Origin: Nemertoderma westbladi
Taxonomy: Eukaryota > Animalia > Xenacoelomorpha
Direction: 5' to 3'
DNA: 52,186 nucleotides
Assembly: GCA_032718475.1 (NCBI GenBank)
Contig: JAUCBJ010008521.1
Location: 1 to 52,186, forward strand
Notes under the pieces: generated by a model
Database searches by the model: none
Seen by the model: only the letters and a program-made list of their open reading frames with translations
What the model was told of the DNA's origin: nothing
Program-made: the position numbers and the translations under genes
Shown: piece after piece, positions 43,869 through 52,186 of the stretch
Layout of the letters: each line of letters opens with the position of its first letter
Numbering within the stretch: the first letter of the stretch is position 1

Positions 43869-45119
43869 ATGGATAAGGACGAAGTCGCTAAAGCCATAAA
43901 TGATGCGTTAGAGAGTCAACGTGCGATCCATGAAGCTGCTATGAATGCAATGCGGGATCAGTTTGATTCACACTCTAAAACTCAACGAGAAGAATATAAT
44001 AGCGCCATTGGTGATTTGAATGATCAGTTCCGTTCCCAATTAGGTAAACTTCAAGCCGAGGTTAGTGAGTCCCGAGATTTTATTAAAAATAATCGGAAAG
44101 AATTTAAAATATCTGGTTGTATTAAGGACCGAGATGCTAAGGATACTTTGGTGTATAGTAGTTTGTTGAAACAGCTTGATAATGCCATTCAGAAGGGATA
44201 TTCAGATGCTGAGATTGTTATGGGCATTATCAGAGCTATTGATTCAAAACTTCCATTACGCAGTTTTTTAGAGAGTAGGGATTCATTATCACTTAGTGAA
44301 GCTCGGAAGTTTATTCGTAGTCACTATAGGGAAAAAGGGCCTACCGAACTTCATCATCTATTGAGTGACGCAACTCAGGATCCTTCTGAAGATGCCCAAT
44401 CATTTGTTCTTCGTGTTTTAAATTTGCGACAAAAATTGAGTTTTGCTTCGCAGAAACACGGTACTAAGTTTAATTATGATCCTGAACTTATTCGTCAGAT
44501 GACTATGCATGCAATAAATACAGGTTTGTCTAATGAAGCAGTTCGAAGTGATTTAAAACCTTTATTGGAATCAGACTCCATTGTTCCTGATGAAACCCTT
44601 CTGGAGGCTTTAAACACTTCAACCAATAAGGAAAACGAACGATTGGAAAAACTAAAATCGGCTAAAATCGCAAAACAGGTTAGTCAGAAAGCATCTGTTA
44701 CCTCAGTTTCTTCGAGTAGCTCATCACCCCCTGATGGAGCTACTGTAAATGTTGATGTCAAAGGTAAGCCTAAGAAAGACAATTTGGTCGATGAAGTCCG
44801 CGCTTTGTCTCAGCAAATATCTAGCCTAACAGCTGGAATGCAGAAACCAGCAGTAGTCCGACCTAGATATAAACACATGGATGATAAGGATCAAGCTGAT
44901 TCTGTGAATTCTCGTCGTCCTACTCGTTTGTGTCCTCAGTGTCAGTTGTTAAATTCGAGTGGTGTGGCTGCAAGCTGCAATCACTGCTTTAAGTATAGTA
45001 GCTCTGAACACTTTGCTATAGGATGTAGAAAAGTGAGAAATAGTGGTCCTAACAACAGTGGCAACCAGTCCCAGGGAAACGGGAACCGGCTGTTTCCAAG
45101 GGACGGGCAACAGTCGTGA
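43869..45119 (+). CDS. gag: Gypsy Gag (416 aa)
   Basis: Position after the PBS; Q.PSEDAQSF..R capsid-like motif; degenerate knuckle CNHCFKYSSSEHFAIGC. Confidence 0.85.
   Translation: MDKDEVAKAINDALESQRAIHEAAMNAMRDQFDSHSKTQREEYNSAIGDLNDQFRSQLGKLQAEVSESRDFIKNNRKEFKISGCIKDRDAKDTLVYSSLLKQLDNAIQKGYSDAEIVMGIIRAIDSKLPLRSFLESRDSLSLSEARKFIRSHYREKGPTELHHLLSDATQDPSEDAQSFVLRVLNLRQKLSFASQKHGTKFNYDPELIRQMTMHAINTGLSNEAVRSDLKPLLESDSIVPDETLLEALNTSTNKENERLEKLKSAKIAKQVSQKASVTSVSSSSSSPPDGATVNVDVKGKPKKDNLVDEVRALSQQISSLTAGMQKPAVVRPRYKHMDDKDQADSVNSRRPTRLCPQCQLLNSSGVAASCNHCFKYSSSEHFAIGCRKVRNSGPNNSGNQSQGNGNRLFPRDGQQS
45074..45116 (+). promoter_or_regulatory. -1 ribosomal frameshift signal (G GGA AAC + stem-loop)
   Basis: Heptamer is in the correct gag phase; pro is in the -1 frame; downstream stem CGGCTGTT/AACAGTCG. 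Confidence 0.75.
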
Positions 45120-47610
45120 AGAATAGTCAAACTCAAAAGTCCCCTACTAAAGTTTATAGAGCCCCAAGTAAACCAACTGAAGAAGAATTATTTTTGTGCA
45201 GTTTAACTAGTTCACCCAATAATGGAAATGAAAAATTAGTTAAGTTAGTTGGACGGCAGTGTACTGTGTCATGTTGGCTCAATGGAGTTAAGTGCGAGGC
45301 CTTGTGGGATTCAGGAGCGCAGGTCTGTGTAGTTTCTAAACTCTGGGTGGAACAGAACATGCCAGAGTCTGAAATACATTCGATAGGAGACTTATTAGAT
45401 TCCAATCTCTCACTTAAAGCAGCTAATGGTTCTAATATTCCATATCTTGGGTGGATTCCTGTTAAATTCAAGTTGAGTGACTCATGCCAAGATAATGTAG
45501 GAGGGGATAACTCGACATGTTGATTGTGGTTCCAGTATTAGTAGCAGCTACCAACAATATCACCAGACCAATTATTGGATATAATGTGATTGAGTTGTAT
45601 ACTGCTAGCCGAGTAAAAAACTGTGTCGACCTTGAGAGTGTTGATAGTGAGATTGCGGCAGCTTTTCGAATTAAATGCAGTCGTGCTAACGAGTTTGTTA
45701 AGGTCACTTTGAGTAATCAAGACTCGTTGAATGGGAATACTGCAAGAACTGGAAAGAAACCAACAATATTGCGTCCAAAGATTGTTAGCGATATTTGTGT
45801 TAGTGTTCTCAGTTCTAACATTTCGAACAATGATTCAAAGTTATTTCAAGGAAATGAAGAACTGAATCTCCATTTCCCAGATATCAATGTTGTTGATTGT
45901 TTAGTTGATATTAGTCGATCTAACGAATCTCGCTCAACATTTGTAGTCTACCTCGAAAACACATCTGCTAAAACTGTTCGTATTCCTCCATTAACAGTTA
46001 TTGGTACAGTTCATTCGATCAAGTCACTGTTTCCTTTTGAATTATTAGAACCTGGTGAAGTTTGTGAGAATATCTTGACTGATTATCCGACAGTGTCAGT
46101 GTCAGCTGTAAATGCTTCATTAACCATTGAAGAAAAGATTACTGCAATAGTAGATAAAGCTGAACTGAATTCTCAGTCTGAAAAAGACAAACTTCATAAA
46201 TTTCTTTTAGAGGAAAAGGATGTGTTTTCCCAAGATAGTAATGACATTGGTAACATTCCTTCTCTTCAAATGAATATTGAATTAACTGATCAAGTTCCAG
46301 TTCGTAGAACCTACCAGTCAATTCCTCGACCAATGTATGAAGAAGTTAAAACTTATCTTAATGATTTGATCAGGAATGGATTCATTGAGAAATCGAACTC
46401 ACCTTATGCAGCACCGTTAATTTGTGTTAGGAAATCTTGTGGCGGATTGAGAGTCTGTGTTGATTATCGTGCACTAAATAACAAAATAATTCGTGATCAA
46501 CATCCATTGCCAAAGATTCAAGATTTAATCGACAACCTGGGAGGTAAAGAGTGGTATTCTCTACTAGATGAAGCCAGAGCTTACCATCAGGGCTATGTTA
46601 GAGAAGATTGTCGAAAGGTTACTGCATTTGTGACACCCTGGGGACAGTACCAGTAGATTCGAATTCCCTTTGGCTTATCCAATGGTCCAAGCTGCTTTCA
46701 GAGGAAAATGGAAGAAATATTAGAAGATGACCGCGATGAAATATGCAACCCTTATCAAGATGATATCATTGTATATAGTAATGAGTTTGAAAAACATCTC
46801 ATTGATATTCGAACAGTTTTCCACAAGTTGAGATCTGCAGGTGTGAAACTAAAAATTGAGAAATGTCTACTCTTTCAACGGAAAATTAGATTTCTTGGTT
46901 TTATAATTTCGAAGGATGGACATTCCATTGATGACTCTAATATAGAGGCAGTCCTTAAGTTATAGGAAAGTAAGATTGAAAGTATTGGCCAACTACGGAA
47001 GATATTAGGATTTTTGAATTATTACCGCAAATTCATAAAGAACTTTGCACAGAAGGCGAAACCGCTCTATGAACTATTGAAGATTGAGAATTGTTGTATG
47101 TCACAGAAAAAGACTAAAAATGGACAAGTACCATCCAGTCAAGCCATTTCGTTGTCTGTTTATCATTATGAAGTTCTTCATAAACTGATTGATGCTGTCA
47201 TTAGCTCTGAAGTAATGGTGTACCCAGATTTTTCCAAGCCCTTTGTTTTGACAACAGATGCTAGCGCCGATGGTCTTGGTGGAGTTTTATATCAGAAACA
47301 AAGGGATGGTAATCTAAAAGTTGTTGCTTACGCCTCTCGTTCTTTGACTCCACCTGAAAAGAATTACCACTTACACTCTGGTAAACTCGAATTTTTAGCG
47401 CTTAAGTGGTTGGTTACTGAGAAGTTTCGTGATTATCTACTCTATACTTCTCATTTCACAGTTTATACCGATAACAACCCACTTGTCTATGTGAAAACCA
47501 CCGCTAAGTTGAATGCTACCGGTCTCCGTTGGATGGCTGAACTGGCAGATTTTAATTTTGACATTGTGTATAAACCAGGCAAGAGTAATACTGATGCCGA
47601 CTTTCTTTCT
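45116..47610 (+). pseudogene. pol: Gypsy pol (protease, RT, RNase H) with frameshift and stops
   Basis: LWDSGAQV; SPYAAP...LRVCVDYRALN; AYHQ; YQDDII; FLG; LTTDAS..GLG; KLEFLALKW; YTDNNPL. Stops at 46654 and 46963; frame change near 45520. Confidence 0.92.
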
Positions 47611-47858
47611 ATGGGACCCCTTATCGAACTACTTACAGTATGTATTGAAGGGACCTAATTTTAGGGACTACCGCTACCGGTACTTACAATGTTTTCATCT
47701 GGACTACCGCTACCGGTACTTACAGTGTGTTGTGTCCTATTGCAGATTATTTCTGATCTTAGGGTAAATTAATGATTATTACTACTGCTGTACCGTGGAT
47801 TTTGGTTTTATCGGTATTCAATCAATGGAATTATGTTAATACAAAACATGTTACATAC

Positions 47859-50800
47859 TGTACGCGCTTTTGAAGACCTTTAGCAGTTTAACCTGCCAAA
47901 ATTTATATGTCTTTTGGTTTATAAATCGACTCTAGAAGATGACAATATTTAATACCAATAAACACAACATTAGCAGAAGCCAGCCTAGTGCGCGTCCATT
48001 CACCCGCTGGATATTCCCGGGAGACTGGATTCTGAGGGCTTAGATTATTATTGCAGTGAAGCTTACTGTATTATTCGATTGATCGTTAATAAATAATTTC
48101 TGACTAATATTATTCACTTTCGGGAAATATTAACCGTTCCTTTAGGACGTGGCGCTCTATCTAAGTAAACAGAGCTATGACTTATACTAATCACAACGGT
48201 AAGTCGGTAAGGCTTATGATTCACGTATGAGGCGCATTCTTTAGGAAATGCTTAGTTATCCGTCACAATCATGCACACTACCGGTAACACACAATACTGC
48301 TCACTAATTTGCCGACCGTCAATGTATTTTATCATATATAAAGCGAACAACAATTGACTCATGTAGGGCTTATCAAATAGCATTAAATTCAATACAAACC
48401 ACAATAATATAAGTCGCAATCGCTATATATAACCCGCCTCTCTAACCTGTAGTGTATCAAGAAAATTTGGAAATTTGGGTTCTTTATAAATGTTCTCCAA
48501 ATAATATTCAATCAAAACACAACAGTAAACAGCATTAAGACGGTAGGTTAAGATATGATATGAACCGATATGTACAGTGATATGCACTGTTATGCACTGA
48601 GTTGAACTGATAACAGTCATACGCTCTATAATTTAAGCCTACTAATGTTTCTTTTAAAGTATGAAAACAATTAACTCTAGAGCCGGTGTTTCTGGCTTAG
48701 ACAGCAATAACAACAAAGTATCAAGTGAAAACAGTAAGACTGTACACTCTCCTTATGATCGACCGAAAAGCTACACGTCGACAGGAAAAATCGCTCTGAT
48801 TGGCTCAAGCCAAACAAAGAACCATGCATCCAATGGCTGTTTCCATGTCAGCAACCAGCTGTTAGATGTCGTAATATGAATCATCACGGCTAAGCTATGA
48901 AAGGTATTTGCCGCATTGCAGGTTTTTGTCTTACCATGTCCGCTAAAACACGTATATAGCAGAATGACTTTTATGTCCGTTAAAACACCTGTAACGGTAC
49001 CTTGAGGGCGAGGGGAATATATATACAGTTAGAGAACCCTTTTAGAGTATTCCAGCGCCTGGGGGGAAACTGGATTGCGAAGCAAAAGGGCCAGTTATAT
49101 CCCACAGAAGCTTTTACACCGCTCCCAGAAAATGGGATTTGAGTCTATAAAATATACAAAATCACAGTTTCTAATATACGTAAATACTCTAAACAGTTAG
49201 TCTTTCTTGCGCGGACGGCGTTTACGCAGTTTTTTAAAGCTAGCAAGAGTCCTTTTCTCTTTGGGGCGAGCCACTTTACAAGGAGGGCTATAACTCCTGG
49301 GTGAAGGGTGCAATATGATTGCATCAGAGGGTGTAGGATTATGGTCGGTGTATCCGTCAGTCGAAGTACCGGGTTGATTGACATCAACGTCAGGTGAGAG
49401 GGGTCTAACGGCTGTGAGAGCTCGTTTCAAGACAGCCGCTCTTACGGGTCCTTTACGAGTGGTCTGAACGAGGGCCGTGGGTGGATCATAGGCAGTTAGA
49501 AACTTCCGGGGTTTAATGGTCCTTTCCAACTCGCGTTCGCGGGCTCGGTATTCGTAAGGCCTTCGATGTACTTCCTGCAACTCGGGGTGTGAGTTAACAA
49601 ATAAGTCTCCATAGTCCGGATCCTGACGGATATAATTGATTAAGTTATAGGAATGAAGGTCGCTAGGATTAACACTCCTGAGAAATTTGCGTACGAATTT
49701 GGTTGAAATACATTCTCCGACGCGCTTCAGCAGCTCGTAACTTGATATGCGTGATTTCTGTTCAACCGAAGCGAATAGATAAGGATGGAACGCATAAACT
49801 CCTTCGTAAGCGCGTCCGGGATAATAGCGATGGCGCGAATCACAATGTAAATCAGCATTCGCTTCCCAAGCTCTGATGTAACGTAGTGTGATCATTTCAT
49901 CTACGCTTTCCAAATCGTGATTAAAAGGGCAATCGAAACTGGCATGTCCCTTTAGTTGACAATGGTGACATTGAGTCATAAATTGAGGGCAAACCGCAAA
50001 GATATGCAAGTTATTGAGTCTGCAATATGCGCAATAAATTTCCATAGTCGGTTGTTCTTGGAAATAGGAACAGCGGACATTGGTGTTCATGGGCGTATCG
50101 TGGTCTTTCGATGCGCATAACCGACAACGTTGCCGAGAAACATAGTTGGCATGGCGATAATTGTACGCAGTGAGACACTGTGGACCTTGATACCGTTCTA
50201 GGATATAATCGTTGTCGCTGTTCCGGGCGCGATAGGCTGAATCTCCTCAGATTCTAGGCATATTGGTTCGTCTTCCCAGCCTGTTACGAATAGAATTTTC
50301 GTGATCTATTCTCGGTTTACCGTTACGACTCCGCTGGGTATGATATTTAAATAGAACCATTTCCCTTTCGGTGTCTACATCGTTCGTATCATGTAAATCG
50401 ATAGGATGGCCGGTAGTTAGGAAGTCCATATACGCACTATTACGATGCGTATAGCGAGAGGTGAATTTTCGCTAGTCCAATTCACGCGTAAGTTGCTCTT
50501 GGGACATCGGCGGTTCGATATAACGACCATCGTCCTCCGTAATGGTTGGATCGGCTTCACCGCGTATCAAGCTATCCACAAATGCTTGCAAAGGTAGAGT
50601 ATATCACTCCCTGATACCAAGATCATCTTCTATCAACTCCGTCATATCTGTTATCTGAGTTTATTAATATTATAATGAGTTTATGTTTAGGCGAGCGGGC
50701 GTCGCTGCCTACCTTTCTTTGCCCCCGGACAGTGGGATACTCAGCGCCGATGTACCGTCGTCGAGGTGTTTACGCCAACATGTAGCAACCGCATGACAAC

Positions 50801-51421
50801 GATAACCGGCACAAGTCACTCCACTGTCCGTCCCAAAGGCTTGAATCCACTTTAGGTTCTTTCTATAGGAGAGTTGGGCTACTTTCACAATTGCGACTAG
50901 CTACTGTAAACACACCTTAGCAGTAACATTCACCTACAAACGCACAAATTCCACACAACTGTCACCAATTGTACACATACAGGCCATTTGTCCGTTAGTC
51001 AGTGCATTCCAGAATGTCACGTTATTACTGTGTATCCTTGGATACTAACAGTGTGTTATGTATTCTCTATGCTATGCAATGTGTCAAGCTTTCTATTGTT
51101 CTCTTAACTTGCTTCTAATTCTAGCGTGGGTGTTGCTATGGTGACATTATGGAATGCTAGCGGTAGAATTAGGGTAATTCTCATGCATACAGATCTGGGA
51201 TGCTATTTAATAATAATTCTTTAATTGTCAATATCCTCTTTATACATGATTTTATTAATTTTATCGGCTATTGACTATATGTTGGAGATTCTCGCACTCT
51301 AATACACTCAATAGGATGAATCTCCGCTCCCATGATCTATTAATTAATGGAATTTTGGGGATGTTATAAATTGCATAAAACGACAATTTATGAAATTCAT
51401 CTAAAATATGAATTTAAATTT
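47859..51421 (-). mobile_element. Family A element, second copy (3' LTR 47859-49118 + internal region)
   Basis: Reverse complement of 1-3369 at high identity; interrupted at 51422 by an opposite-strand LTR. Confidence 0.85.
49197..50645 (-). pseudogene. Family A triple-knuckle ORF, second copy (297-aa open part 50090-49197)
   Basis: Nearly identical protein to 1168-2061; same in-frame TGA (50249-50247); extra CGA>TGA near 50605. Confidence 0.65.
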
Positions 51422-52186
51422 TGTAAAAGCTTTTGTGGGATAACTGATACGTTTGCCTATGCTGGCCAGTTCCCCCCCAGGCGCTGGAATACTCTAAAAA
51501 GGTTTTCTAACTGTATATATATTCCCCTCGCCCGCAAGGTACCTTTACAGGTGTTTTAACGGACATAAAAATCATTCTGCTATATACGTGTTTTAGCGGA
51601 CATGGTAAGACAAAAAACTTGTAATGCATCAACCACCTTTCACAGTTTAGCCGTGATGATTCATATTACGACATCTAGCAGCTGGTTGCTGACATGGAAA
51701 CAGCCATTGGCCGCGTGGTTCTTTGTTTGGCTTGGGCCAATCAGGGCGGTTTTTCCTGTCGACGTGTAGCTTTTCTGCCGATCATAAGGAGAGTGTTCAG
51801 TCTTACTGTTTTTTCTTGATACTTTGTGGTTATTGCTGTCTAAGCCAGAAACACCGGCATTTTTGGATAGATACTGCTGTACCGTAAACTGCTTGAATTA
51901 TCGAAAGTATAAACTGTTACCTAATCTCACGAATCGAATCACAATTAATTAATCAATCAAATCGAAAGACAGCATTAACTCACTTAATTTAATTGCATTA
52001 ATCATATTGTTTGTACTGTTATTTTACCGTCAGTTATTAATTGTACCTATTTGTTGATGGAAATATTGTTATTTGGATAATACGGATAAATCACCCAATT
52101 CCCAATTTTCTTGATAACACTACAGGTTAGAGAGACCGGCTATATATAACAATTGCGATTTATATTAATGTGGTGTGTATTGAATC
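51422..52186 (+). repeat. Family A LTR, plus strand, truncated by the window end
   Basis: Begins TGTAAAAGC and aligns with 2140 to about 2850. Confidence 0.85.

Larger units (their letters stand above)
42462..47850 (+). mobile_element. Decayed Ty3/Gypsy LTR retrotransposon; integrase deleted, 3' LTR partial
   Basis: 5' LTR ends GGTAACA (43567; start about 42462, uncertain), followed by PBS, gag, PR-RT-RH. 47611-47849 repeats 43176-43413. Confidence 0.88.

Noticed and set aside
47859-52186. DIRS-like element with inverted terminal repeats
   Set aside because: The repeats have TG...CA ends, a PPT and a solo copy, and no tyrosine recombinase is seen; nested LTR insertion is simpler.

Overview
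Eukaryotic (probably invertebrate animal) genomic DNA, mostly nested transposable elements and tandem repeats around one host gene. The gene is a four-exon, signal-peptide-bearing alpha-carbonic anhydrase on the minus strand (CDS exons 17436-17206, 16650-16411, 16095-15956, 9715-9487; 279 aa; all three Zn-ligand His present). The ORF track shows only its first exon. Its third intron is filled by about 60 tandem copies of a 72-bp unit that duplicates the gene's own 3' splice site and exon start (...TTCCTATAG|GTACAACGGTTCC), and an RTE LINE interrupts the array. TE content: (i) a full-length but pol-less BEL/Pao-like LTR element (29486-40944, TSD ATGTG) whose env-position ORF looks like a DEDDy 3'-5' exonuclease followed by three CCHC knuckles, plus a diverged relative (4932-7059); (ii) a second LTR family (family A; 1-3369, 47859-51421, LTRs at 41209 and 51422) carrying a homologous triple-knuckle ORF; (iii) a decayed Gypsy element (tRNA-Trp PBS, GGGAAAC frameshift, integrase deleted); (iv) RTE and L2/CR1-group LINEs; (v) a TTAA piggyBac-like MITE; (vi) a degenerate DNA-transposon-like segment with a MADS-box-like plus PHD-finger ORF. 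All calls come from manual reading of the sequence; no database searches were run.
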